NCBI GenBank assembly: GCA_026389455.1
Contig: JAPLHV010000034.1
Span: 1 to 62,760, forward strand
Length of the DNA stretch: 62,760 nt
Source of the DNA: Coprothermobacterota bacterium
Lineage (GTDB): Bacteria > Caldisericota > JANLFM01
Direction: 5' to 3'
Shown: in pieces, positions 1-8,965 of the stretch
How positions within the stretch are numbered: position 1 is the stretch's first letter
How the letters are laid out: every line of letters starts with the position of its first letter
Program-made: the position numbers and the translations under genes
The notes under the pieces: model-generated
The model's database searches: none
Seen by the model: only the letters and a program-made list of their open reading frames with translations
What the model was told of the DNA's origin: nothing

Positions 1-278
1 TGCTTGATCGCCCCGTCCTTGCCGGCCGCGTCCAAAGCCTGGAAAATGATCAGCAGCGCATAGTCGTTCTGCGCGTATAGTTTATCCTGCAGCTTGGCCA
101 GAGCTTTCACGCCCTCCGCCAGGATCTTCCCGGCATCTGCCTTCTTCAGGTAATCGGCCGTATAGGCCGGGTCGTAATCCTTCTCCAGGTCGATCTTCGA
201 TCCTGGTTCGACCATCAATGGCCGGATTGCGTCTTCGATCTTCATCCTCGATTCCTCCTCTGCTGCGGATGTGTTCAT
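1..278 (-). CDS. ppk2: Polyphosphate kinase 2 family protein, N-terminal part (runs off the window start); start at 278 or 245
   Basis: Manual translation of the minus strand gives MKIEDAIRPLMVEPGSKIDLEKDYDP...LQDKLYAQNDYALLIIFQALDAAGKDGAIK, with the PPK2 Walker A motif. ATG at 278 overlaps the ABC gene stop (ATGA); ATG at 245 has a GAGGAGG SD. Confidence 0.85.
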   Translation of the reverse strand, partial: MNTSAAEEESRMKIEDAIRPLMVEPGSKIDLEKDYDPAYTADYLKKADAGKILAEGVKALAKLQDKLYAQNDYALLIIFQALDAAGKDGAIK

Positions 279-2122
279 TTTCCCTTCGCCAGGGCGCCCT
301 TGAATTGGCTCATGTAGAGGTCGTAATAGAAGCCTTGACGAGCCATCAGCTCCTCGTGAGAGCCGCGCTCAATGATCTCTCCTTCTTTGATGACCAGGAT
401 CACGGCGGCCTTGCGGACAGTGCTCAGGCGATGGGCGATTACGAAGCTGGTGCGGCCTTCCATCAAACGATGCAGCCCTTCTTGGATCAGTTTCTCGGTG
501 CGGGTGTCAACATTGGAAGTAGCTTCGTCCAGGATCAGCATGCGCGGGTTGGCGACCATCGCCCGGGCGATGGTGATCATCTGGCGCTGTCCCTGGCTGA
601 GGTTGGCGCCGCGTTCGGTCAAGAGGGTGTTATAGCCTTGCGGCAATTGCATGATGAAATCGTCGGCGTTGGCTTCTTTGGCCGCGGTTATGCACTCCTG
701 GTCGGTGGCGTTCTCCCGGGCGTAGCGCAGGTTCTCCATCACCGTGGCGGAGAAAAGGAAAGCCTCTTGCAAAACCACTCCAACCTGCCGGCGAAGACTC
801 TCCTGGAAGAGGCTGCTGATCTCTTGGCCGTCGATGGAGATACTTCCGCGATCCAGGTCATAGTATCGCGTGAGGATATTCATGATCGTGCTCTTCCCGG
901 CTCCGGTAGGTCCCACCAAGCCGATCATCTGCCCGGGGAACGCTTCAAAGCTGTTGTCCCGCAGGACGCGGCGGCCCGGCAGATAGCTGAAATCTACGTG
1001 TTCGAAGTGGACCAGCCCCTCTATCGGCTGAAGTTGCACAGCATCCGGCCGGTCTTTCACCGAGGGTTCTTCGTCGAGGATGGAAAAAACCCGGTCGGCG
1101 CCGGCCATCGCCGCCAGGAAGGAATTATAGATCTGGCCGAGCTCCTGGATCGGGTCTTGCAACTGCATGGCATAAGTGAGGAAGATCACTACTGTCCCGA
1201 AGCCGAAAGCTCCCTCGATGGCCATAATCGATCCGACCAGGGCTACCAGAGCCGTCTGGATGTTGTTCACCACACCCATTACGGGAGTGGCCAGGAGCGC
1301 GGTGAACTGCGCCCGAGCGCCGGTGTCGCGCACCGTATTGCTGTGCTTCTCCAGGAAGTCGCCGACTTGTTGCTGCTGGCGGTAGGCAATGATTGTCTTG
1401 CCGCCGGAGATGGTCTCCTCCATGTAGCCGTTGGTGGCGCCGAGCTGTTCCTGCAAGCGCGCGAAGGCCGGCCCGGCCACCCGCCCCAGCGCCCCCACCA
1501 GCAGCAGCATGAGCGGGATGACGACCAGGACAGTCACTGTCAGGGAGATGTTGAGGATAAACATTACCACCACCGTCATCAAGATGATCAAAGTGGCCCG
1601 CAAGATCCGGCTGACCCCGTTGGTATAAAAGGCATTGACCACGCCGATATCATTGGTCACGTTGCTCATCAGTTCTCCGATCGGTTGGCGGTCGAAGAAG
1701 CTGAGGGAAAGCGACTGGATGTGGTTGAAGAGCTCGGTGCGCAGATGATAAGAAGCCTTCTCGGCGAGGATAGCCACTACCCTGTCGCGGAAATAGCTGA
1801 AAAGGACAATCCCCAACCCCACCGCGACGATGACGAGAACTACCACTTGCAGATCTTGGAGGGTCCCGCGGGAACTTCCGGTGGCCGGACCCCCGGCTGC
1901 TCCGGAGATAATGTCGATGGCACGCCCGATAAGGACCGGCAAGGCCACCTTCAAACCTTGGGAGATGAACAGAAGGACAATCATGGACCAGAACAGCCCC
2001 CGCTCCAAGGTCATGTAGTGCAACATGCGGCCGAGTGTTTGCCGAGGTTTAGCCTTCGGCGAGGGTGGATCCGCCGTCACTCGATCGCGCAGGACGGTGG
2101 CCTCAGTGGTGGTAGTATTCAT
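275..2122 (-). CDS. ABC exporter fused permease/ATPase (consensus-site half of a heterodimer, TM288-like)
   Basis: Six-TM domain, GPTGAGKS, LSQGQRQ, ILDEATS. Confidence 0.93.
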   Translation of the reverse strand: MNTTTTEATVLRDRVTADPPSPKAKPRQTLGRMLHYMTLERGLFWSMIVLLFISQGLKVALPVLIGRAIDIISGAAGGPATGSSRGTLQDLQVVVLVIVAVGLGIVLFSYFRDRVVAILAEKASYHLRTELFNHIQSLSLSFFDRQPIGELMSNVTNDIGVVNAFYTNGVSRILRATLIILMTVVVMFILNISLTVTVLVVIPLMLLLVGALGRVAGPAFARLQEQLGATNGYMEETISGGKTIIAYRQQQQVGDFLEKHSNTVRDTGARAQFTALLATPVMGVVNNIQTALVALVGSIMAIEGAFGFGTVVIFLTYAMQLQDPIQELGQIYNSFLAAMAGADRVFSILDEEPSVKDRPDAVQLQPIEGLVHFEHVDFSYLPGRRVLRDNSFEAFPGQMIGLVGPTGAGKSTIMNILTRYYDLDRGSISIDGQEISSLFQESLRRQVGVVLQEAFLFSATVMENLRYARENATDQECITAAKEANADDFIMQLPQGYNTLLTERGANLSQGQRQMITIARAMVANPRMLILDEATSNVDTRTEKLIQEGLHRLMEGRTSFVIAHRLSTVRKAAVILVIKEGEIIERGSHEELMARQGFYYDLYMSQFKGALAKGK

Positions 2123-3936
2123 GCCGGGCCTCCTTCCGCTTTCAGCTCTTGGCGAGAACCGCCGACACTGGAAGGCAGATCCTCCAGCTTCCCCAGTTGC
2201 GATTCGAAGATCTCCCGGTAGAGGGGACTGGTGGCAATCAGTTGGGTGTGGTTGCCCACCGCCACTTGGCGGCCGTTCTCCAAGAGGACGATCTGGTCGG
2301 CTGTCAAGACCGTGCTGATGCGCTGGGCCACGAAGAAGGTAGTGGTCTTCCCCAGCAAGCCGCGCAAGGCCTTCTGGATTCGCGCCTCGGCGCCGACGTC
2401 GACCGCCGAGGTGCTGTCGTCGAGGATCAGGATGCGCGGCTTGGGGACCAGTGCGCGCGCGATGGAGAGGCGCTGGCGCTGCCCGCCGGAGAAGTTGTTG
2501 CCGCGGCGGGTGACGCGGGCATCGTAGCGCTCGGGGATGGCAGTGATGAATCCATGCGCATCAGCCGCAGCAGAAGCCTCCATCATCTCCTCTTCGCTGG
2601 CCTCGGGCCGCCCCACCAACAGATTGGCCCGCACTGTGCCGGAGAAGAGGACCGCTTCCTGCAAGGCCAGGCTGACCATCTGCCGCAACTGCGACTGAGG
2701 GAAGTCACGCACGTTGATGCCGTCGATCAGGACCCTCCCTTCGACTACGTCATAAAAGCGGGGGACCAGGTGTACCAGCGTCGATTTGCCGGAGCCGGTG
2801 GCGCCGAGGAAACCGATCGTCTGGCCGGGCTCCACCTCGAGGTTAATGTCCTTGAGGACCATGGCGCTTTCCATTTGGCCATCCTCGCTGCGGTAGCCGA
2901 AGGAGGCGTGCTCGAAGACTACGCCGCCCTTCAATCTCTCCCAGTCGATGGGTTCCACCCCAGGCTTGTCCTGCACCTCCGGTTCAGCGTCCAACACCTG
3001 GAAGATCCGTCCTGCGGAGGTCTCCCCCGACTCAAGGTAGGGCAACAGGTAGGCCAGCATCACCATCGGCACGATGATGTAGAGCAGGTATTGGGCAAAG
3101 ACCACTACCTGACCCAAGGAGAGGGTCTGCGAGACCATCACCCCCGAGCCGCCGAAGTAGAGGACGGCAGCCGTGGCCAGATAGACGATGATATTTGTGG
3201 CCGGGTTGACCATGGCGATGCGAATGGCTGGCGCCAGCGAGGTCTTCCTCAATTCCTCCGCGGCAGCGGCGAAACGCCTCGACTCGTGCTTCTCGCGCAC
3301 GAAAGCCTTGACCACGCGCACGCCGGCCAAGTTCTCCTGGAGCACGCTGTTGACTTGATCCAAGCGTTGTTGGCGGTCGCTGAACATCTTCTGCACCCCG
3401 TTCAGCAGGAATCCCATGACGATCACCACAACCACCATTACCACCCCCATGATCCAGATCAGAGAAGGGGCCATCACCCAGGTCAGAATGAAGGTGATGA
3501 GAATGGCCAGGGGAGCTTGCAGGATGATGATCATTCCGTACAGCACAGCAGTGCGGATATTGGTGATGTCGTCGGTCAGTCGCACCAGCAAGTCACTGGT
3601 GCGGAAGCGGTCGATGTTGCCGAAAGAGAGGCTCTGCGCTTTGCGGTAGGTCTTGACCCGCAAGTAGTTGCCTGTCTCCTCGGAGAAAATGACGGCATAG
3701 ACAGCGTTGCCAATGCTGAAGAAGGCCCCGATGATGGCCAGCCCGATCATCCACAACGAGGTATTGATGACCACATCGACGTTGCCTGCTTGGACCCCTT
3801 GATTGACCAGTTGGCCGTTCAAGGTCTGAATCAGCAGGGTAGCAGTGATCGCCAAGGCGACCAGCAGTTGCGAGAGGGCGAAGTGCCATCCCGCCCCCTT
3901 GTAGATTGATAACATGCGACGGAAATGTTTAAACAC
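2119..3936 (-). CDS. ABC exporter fused permease/ATPase (degenerate Walker B half, TM287-like)
   Basis: [23 protein letters not shown] (D in place of the catalytic E); 4-nt overlap with its partner. Confidence 0.93.
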   Translation of the reverse strand: MFKHFRRMLSIYKGAGWHFALSQLLVALAITATLLIQTLNGQLVNQGVQAGNVDVVINTSLWMIGLAIIGAFFSIGNAVYAVIFSEETGNYLRVKTYRKAQSLSFGNIDRFRTSDLLVRLTDDITNIRTAVLYGMIIILQAPLAILITFILTWVMAPSLIWIMGVVMVVVVIVMGFLLNGVQKMFSDRQQRLDQVNSVLQENLAGVRVVKAFVREKHESRRFAAAAEELRKTSLAPAIRIAMVNPATNIIVYLATAAVLYFGGSGVMVSQTLSLGQVVVFAQYLLYIIVPMVMLAYLLPYLESGETSAGRIFQVLDAEPEVQDKPGVEPIDWERLKGGVVFEHASFGYRSEDGQMESAMVLKDINLEVEPGQTIGFLGATGSGKSTLVHLVPRFYDVVEGRVLIDGINVRDFPQSQLRQMVSLALQEAVLFSGTVRANLLVGRPEASEEEMMEASAAADAHGFITAIPERYDARVTRRGNNFSGGQRQRLSIARALVPKPRILILDDSTSAVDVGAEARIQKALRGLLGKTTTFFVAQRISTVLTADQIVLLENGRQVAVGNHTQLIATSPLYREIFESQLGKLEDLPSSVGGSRQELKAEGGPA

Positions 3937-4000
3937 CTCTTCTCCTCATCCGGTGCGTTTCTCTCCTTTCGGCCAGGGGGGCAGATTTCTTATTGTAATT

Positions 4001-4030
4001 AAGTAGTCAAGTAGTTTAGTGATCTAGTCA
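4001..4030. repeat. Octamer tandem repeat, half array (NAGTRRYY)
   Basis: aagtagtc aagtagtt tagtgatc tagtca. Confidence 0.7.
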
Positions 4031-4032
4031 GG

Positions 4033-4070
4033 ACACCCTACCGGGGGCTGTCTAGCCGCAGGCTGTCTCA
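4033..4070. repeat. 18-bp motif family copies (anchor ACACCCT plus CTRCCGGGGGCTGTCTAG, then CCGCAGGCTGTCT)
   Basis: acaccctaccgggggctgtctagccgcaggctgtctca. Confidence 0.75.
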
Positions 4071-4076
4071 TTGAAT

Positions 4077-4144
4077 CAGTGGTTAAGTGATTAAGTGGTT
4101 TAGTAGTTTAATAACTACTTAGCCACTTAGCCACTCAATTACTG
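4077..4144. repeat. Inverted octamer array (4 units, 4-nt loop, 4 reverse-complement units)
   Basis: cagtggtt aagtgatt aagtggtt tagtagtt taat aactactt agccactt agccactc aattactg. Confidence 0.85.
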
Positions 4145-4148
4145 CCAA

Positions 4149-4242
4149 CCTGCGGCAACATTATAGCCTGCGGCAACATTATCGTTAATGGGGACAGATT
4201 TTAAATCTGTCCCCATTAACGGCGCTGCCGCAGGCTGTCTAG
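4149..4242. repeat. Composite: 18-bp tandem (x2), 39-bp perfect palindrome (4183-4221), inverted 18-bp motif
   Basis: cctgcggcaacattatag x2; cgttaatggggacagattt-t-aaatctgtccccattaacg; ctgccgcaggctgtctag. Confidence 0.9.
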
Positions 4243-4331
4243 CATTCTTTATTTCATCTTCACATTTCCTTACCCCGCCGTTCACACGAGTCCGCTTTAC
4301 TAAGGAAAATACAGAAAGGAAGCGTAAAAAG

Positions 4332-5516
4332 ATGAAAATACAAAGAACCGTGCTGTGGATCGTCCCGCTGCTGGCAGTCCTGGTACTTGCGGGCTGTGCT
4401 GGTCCCTTCTCGGAAACAATGGGGACAGATTTGAAATCTGTCCCCATTGTTTCGCGGCAACTGGCCACCAACACCAGCACCTCCCTGGCGGAGATCTTCT
4501 CCCCCTCTACAACCAGCGAACCGCAGGGGGTCAACGAGACCACTGAGGATGCCATCACCTTGGCGGTGGGGAAAGTGAACCCTGCTGTCGTCTTCATCGA
4601 CACCACTTACCAAACCGTCCAGCAGGACGATCGCTTCAACTTCCCCGGCTACTACGCCATTCCCCAGCAGCAACAGCCCCAAGAGGGGCAGGGCTCGGGG
4701 GTGATCGTGGACGGCGGGAATGGCTACCTCCTGACCAATAACCATGTGGTAAAGAATGCTGTCGCGATCAAAGTGACCCTCCCCGACGGCCGCACCTTCA
4801 CCGGCAGCGTGGTCGGCGCCGACTCACTTGCCGACATCGCTGTGGTCAAGATCGACGGCGCCAACCTGCCCGAAGCGAAACTGGCCGACAATGCCAATTT
4901 GAAAGTAGGCTCGTGGGCGATCGCCATCGGCAACCCATACGGCTTCGAGAATTCGGTCACGGTGGGGGTCGTCTCCGCCCTAAACCGGACCATCAGCGAC
5001 CCGGACAGCGGCAATCCCCTGATGGACCTAATCCAAACCGACGCTGCCATCAACCCCGGCAACTCCGGGGGCGCCTTGGTCAACATCAACGGTGAGGTGA
5101 TCGGAATTAATACAGCCATCATCGAATCGGCCCAAGGGATCGGTTTCGCCGTGAACATCGACGCCGCCAGCCGCTCTTTCCAAGACATCGTCGCGCACGG
5201 GAAAGTAACCCGAGCATGGATGGGGATCACCTTCGCTGGAGTGACCGAGGAGATCGCCAAGCAATTGAACCTGACCCAGGCTTCCGGCGCTTTGGTCGGC
5301 AGCGTCTCGGTTGGCGGTCCTGCGGCGAAGGCTGGCCTCTTGGCCGATGACGTCATCCAGGCAGCGGACGGAACCCCCATCATCAAGGCCGAGGAGTTGA
5401 GTCAGTTGATCCTCTCCAAGCAAGCCGGCGACGCGCTCACCCTCACCGTCTGGCGCAATGGCCAGACCCTCAGCCTGACGGTGACCCTGGGAGAGATGCC
5501 CAGCCAGATTCAGTAG
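4332..5516 (+). CDS. htrA: HtrA/DegP-family serine protease with one PDZ domain, predicted lipoprotein
   Basis: Lipobox VLAGC, TNNHVV, DIAVVKI, GNSGGAL and a C-terminal PDZ. The start was moved from 4188 to the ATG that begins the signal peptide. Confidence 0.9.
   Translation: MKIQRTVLWIVPLLAVLVLAGCAGPFSETMGTDLKSVPIVSRQLATNTSTSLAEIFSPSTTSEPQGVNETTEDAITLAVGKVNPAVVFIDTTYQTVQQDDRFNFPGYYAIPQQQQPQEGQGSGVIVDGGNGYLLTNNHVVKNAVAIKVTLPDGRTFTGSVVGADSLADIAVVKIDGANLPEAKLADNANLKVGSWAIAIGNPYGFENSVTVGVVSALNRTISDPDSGNPLMDLIQTDAAINPGNSGGALVNINGEVIGINTAIIESAQGIGFAVNIDAASRSFQDIVAHGKVTRAWMGITFAGVTEEIAKQLNLTQASGALVGSVSVGGPAAKAGLLADDVIQAADGTPIIKAEELSQLILSKQAGDALTLTVWRNGQTLSLTVTLGEMPSQIQ
4413..4453. repeat. 41-bp perfect palindrome inside htrA (encodes ETMGTDLKSVPIVS)
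   Basis: gaaacaatggggacagattt-g-aaatctgtccccattgtttc. Confidence 0.9.
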
Positions 5517-5567
5517 GAAAAGACGCCCTGCCGGGGGCTATCATCCTCTCCTTCTACCCTCCTATTT

Positions 5568-5608
5568 CAACCATGGGCTGCCTACGGCAGCCCATGGTTG
5601 TTTCGTTT
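5568..5608 (+). terminator. Rho-independent terminator after htrA
   Basis: 15-bp perfect stem caaccatgggctgcc/ggcagcccatggttg followed by tttcgttt. Confidence 0.75.
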
Positions 5609-5659
5609 GAATCCTTTCGTTTCGTTTTCCAGAGGAGCCAGCCTATTTTGTCAGTTTCC

Positions 5660-5684
5660 GTAGGGGCAGGTTTCAAACCTGCCC
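5660..5684 (+). repeat. GTAG-type REP
   Basis: gtaggggcaggtttcaaacctgccc; identical copy at 31658. Confidence 0.85.
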
Positions 5685-5757
5685 ATATCATCGTTTCGTT
5701 TTCCAGGGGACAACGTGTATATTGAGAGAGCAAAGCGTGAAGAAGGAGGATGCAGCC

Positions 5758-6720
5758 ATGTTGAAGCCAAGACGCTTGCGTCTAGGAGATACGGTCGGGT
5801 TGGTGTCCCCCTCCAGCGGCCCCTGGAAGCGCAGCGAGCTTTGGAGGGGGATCGCCGCGTTGGAGTCGTGGGGGTTTCAGGTGAAGGTGGGGGCGCATGC
5901 TTATGACCGCCACTACGACTATGCGGGCCTCGACGCGGACCGCGCCGCGGACCTGCTCTGGGCTTTCGATCACCCCGGGATCGACGCCGTCTTCTGCAGC
6001 CAGGGGGGGATTGGGGCGGCCCGCCTGCCCCGCCTGCTGGACTTTGACGTGATCCGGGGAAATCCGAAAATCTTCCTTGGCTACAGCGACATCACCGCGC
6101 TGCACCTGGCCATCGGCCGGGAAGCTGATTTGGTGACCTTTCATGGCCCCAGTTTGGCGGGCTTTGATCCGGAATCGATGACGGCCTACAAGAAGGACCT
6201 CCTCCTGCGCGCGCTCACCGGCGATGAGCCGTTGGGGGAGATTAAAATGGCCGATCCCGACAAGTACCTGCTGAAGATCAATGCCGGACGGGTCCAGGGG
6301 TCCCTCGTGGGGGGGAACTTGACGCTGGTTTGCGCCTCCCTGGGAACACCTTGGGAAATCCGCACGGAAGGCTGTATCCTTTTCCTGGAAGAATTAGAGA
6401 CCGAGCCCTGGCAAATGGACCATCTACTCACTCACTTGTTGAACGCGGGAAAGCTAGAGGCCGCCCGGGGCATCCTCATCGGCGAATGCCTGGACTGCGA
6501 GCCTCGCAAGCTGGATCCCGGATCTTTCAACCAACGAAGCCTGGAGGACATCCTCTTCGAGTTGCTGGAGCCGCTGGGGCGCCCGGTCCTCTATGGGCTC
6601 CCTCTGGGCCACACCAAAGACCGCGCGACCTTGCCTTTAGGGGTCGCCGCTACCTTAGACACGGCGGAAGGGTTCTTCCGCATCGATGAAGTCGCGACGA
6701 TAAACGGAAAGGAGAAATGA
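5758..6720 (+). CDS. S66 peptidase (LD-carboxypeptidase/MccF family)
   Basis: GDTVGLVSPSS, QGGIG, GYSDIT nucleophile elbow, GGNLT, FLEE, GHT; GGAGG SD before ATG 5758. Confidence 0.9.
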   Translation: MLKPRRLRLGDTVGLVSPSSGPWKRSELWRGIAALESWGFQVKVGAHAYDRHYDYAGLDADRAADLLWAFDHPGIDAVFCSQGGIGAARLPRLLDFDVIRGNPKIFLGYSDITALHLAIGREADLVTFHGPSLAGFDPESMTAYKKDLLLRALTGDEPLGEIKMADPDKYLLKINAGRVQGSLVGGNLTLVCASLGTPWEIRTEGCILFLEELETEPWQMDHLLTHLLNAGKLEAARGILIGECLDCEPRKLDPGSFNQRSLEDILFELLEPLGRPVLYGLPLGHTKDRATLPLGVAATLDTAEGFFRIDEVATINGKEK

Positions 6721-8918
6721 TGACGCGCGCACTGTGGAAACAAGCAATGGTCTGGTTGTTGGCGCTGGCCCTGATCGGCGGAGGGCTGGGATTGGTTCCC
6801 GGGCAGGCTGTGGCGGAACCGCGATACCTGACCATCGGCACGACCGAGGATCTGGACAGCCTGAACCCCTTCGTAGCTTACGAACGCGCTTCCTTTGAGG
6901 CCTTCCTGCTGATCTACGATTCGCTAGTCTCTTTTGACCGCAATCTGGAACCGCAGGCGTCTTTGGCCCAGAGCTGGGAAAGAAGCGCTGACGACCTGAC
7001 CTGGACCTTCCATTTGCGGTCGGGAGTGAAATGGCACGATGGACAACCTTTCACCTCTCGAGATGTCAAGTTCACATATAACCTGATCCTAGAAACCGGC
7101 CTGGGCTTGAATGCCGAGTTTCTCCGGGGGATCGAGTCGGTGGAGGCTAAAGATGAATTGACCGTGGTCATCAAGACCAGCGAGCCGAAGGCGAACATGC
7201 TCCTGAACCCCACCCCCATCCTACCCGAGCATCTCTGGAAAGACGTGCCCTCCACTGAGTTGGAGATGTACGCCAACGATAACCCAGTGGGCACGGGTCC
7301 ATTCAAGTTCGGTGAATGGAAAAAATCCGAGCGCCTGCGCCTGGATGCCAACCAAGAGTACTTCCGCGGTCCTCCCCGCATGGACGGCGTCTTCTTCTTG
7401 ATCTATGCCAATCGCGACACGATGGCCCAGTCTCTTCTGGTGGGGGAGATCGATGTCGCCCTGAATCTTTTTCCCAGCCAGTTGAAGGGGTTGCAGGGAG
7501 ATCCTGGGATCTGGCTGCACGGCTTCGAGGAAAACGGCTTCACTGAATTGGCTTTCAACTGCTGGACCGACCCCAGCTCCAAGGGGAACCCAGTTTTGCT
7601 GGACAAACGCGTGCGCCAAGCCCTGGAGTGGGCCATCGACAAGCAGGAGATCATTGCCCTCGCCCTGGAAGGAGAAGGCAACCCTGGGACGACCTTGATC
7701 CCGCCGACCGATCCCTTCTGGCATTACCAGCCCACGCCGGGGGAACTGCGTTCGTATGACCCCGCCAAGGCCAATGCCTTGCTGGATGCCGCCGGCTGCA
7801 AAGACATCAATGGCGACAAGATGCGCGAGGATCCATCCGGCAATCCCTTGAAGCTGCGCTTTCTTCTCCGCTCGGAGAACACCCAGGAAGTGAAGGCCGG
7901 GCAAATGATCAAGAGTTACCTGCAGAAGGTCGGCTTGGACACAGAGCTGGAAACGGTGGACGATGGGGCTCTCAATGACCGCATCTTCCAGGGCGCCGAC
8001 TTCGACATGTTCATCTGGGGTTGGGGCGGCGACGTGGATCCCAGCACCCTCTTGAACATATTGACCAGCGGCCAGATCGGTACCAACAACGACTGCTACT
8101 ACGGCAACCCTATCTTCGACGCGCTGGTGGTCAAGCAAGCCACCCTGATCGACCCCAGCTCTCGGCAAGACGCGGTGTGGGAAGCCCAAAGAATCCTCTA
8201 CGAGGACCTTCCCTACTGCATTCTTTGCTACGACACCTCCATCCAGGCGGTGCGCAAGGACAAGGTGGAGGGGATCGTCCCGGTGATCGGCGATGGAGCG
8301 CTTTTCTACGCCAACACGGCCGAGAACTACCTTAGCGCCGCCCCAGCCGGGAGTACTCCTTCGCCGACGCCCACCCCCAGCTCCACCCCTACTGCCTTGG
8401 TTTTCCCTGACCTGGCCGGCCATTGGGCTGCCCCAGCGGTAACCAAGCTGGTCAGCTTGGGCCTGGTCAAAGGATTCCCGGATGGCAGCTTCCGGCCCGA
8501 TGCGCCGATCACCCGGGCCGAGCTGGTGACCATGCTGGTGCGCGCCAAAACCTTGCCGGCCTCTCCAATAGCGGCTGCCTTCAGCGACGCGAATGGCCAT
8601 TGGGCTGCAGCCTCGATCGCTGCCGCAGTCCAAGCCGGGGTCGTCACCGGCTATCCGGATGGAACCTTCCAACCGGACCGCCCAGTTACGCGCGCGGAGG
8701 AAGCGGCCATGATCGTGCGACTGGAGGGCGCCGCAGGCGGGACGCCGGAAGTGCCTTCCTTCGCCGATGTCCCCCTTGAATACTGGGGATTTGGATCCAT
8801 CGAGACCGCCAAGACGATGGGTCTCATCACCGGGTATCCGGATGGGACCTTCCACCCGGATCAAACCAGCACGCGGGGCGAAGCCTGTTCCATGGTCAGC
8901 CGTCTGCCCGGCCTCTAG
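6717..8918 (+). CDS. Family-5 (Opp/Dpp) peptide-binding protein fused to three C-terminal SLH domains
   Basis: Signal peptide, LRSGVKWHDG and GTGPF; PT linker followed by three F.D..GHWA...G..G.PDG.F.PD...TR repeats. Confidence 0.9.
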   Translation: MMTRALWKQAMVWLLALALIGGGLGLVPGQAVAEPRYLTIGTTEDLDSLNPFVAYERASFEAFLLIYDSLVSFDRNLEPQASLAQSWERSADDLTWTFHLRSGVKWHDGQPFTSRDVKFTYNLILETGLGLNAEFLRGIESVEAKDELTVVIKTSEPKANMLLNPTPILPEHLWKDVPSTELEMYANDNPVGTGPFKFGEWKKSERLRLDANQEYFRGPPRMDGVFFLIYANRDTMAQSLLVGEIDVALNLFPSQLKGLQGDPGIWLHGFEENGFTELAFNCWTDPSSKGNPVLLDKRVRQALEWAIDKQEIIALALEGEGNPGTTLIPPTDPFWHYQPTPGELRSYDPAKANALLDAAGCKDINGDKMREDPSGNPLKLRFLLRSENTQEVKAGQMIKSYLQKVGLDTELETVDDGALNDRIFQGADFDMFIWGWGGDVDPSTLLNILTSGQIGTNNDCYYGNPIFDALVVKQATLIDPSSRQDAVWEAQRILYEDLPYCILCYDTSIQAVRKDKVEGIVPVIGDGALFYANTAENYLSAAPAGSTPSPTPTPSSTPTALVFPDLAGHWAAPAVTKLVSLGLVKGFPDGSFRPDAPITRAELVTMLVRAKTLPASPIAAAFSDANGHWAAASIAAAVQAGVVTGYPDGTFQPDRPVTRAEEAAMIVRLEGAAGGTPEVPSFADVPLEYWGFGSIETAKTMGLITGYPDGTFHPDQTSTRGEACSMVSRLPGL

Positions 8919-8965
8919 CCGAACGCCTGCCTAAAGGGAGGCAAGATCATCATGCTTCGCTCAGG

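Noticed and set aside
218-3909. Long antisense ORFs (218-2221, 2149-3909 and similar at 7221-8864, 56095-56985, 60632-61924)
   Set aside because: Shadow frames opposite well-supported genes in GC-rich DNA; no recognisable motifs.
4188-4331. Longer htrA start at 4188 (MGTDFKSVP...)
   Set aside because: The ATG lies inside a palindromic repeat; the lipoprotein signal peptide begins at 4332.
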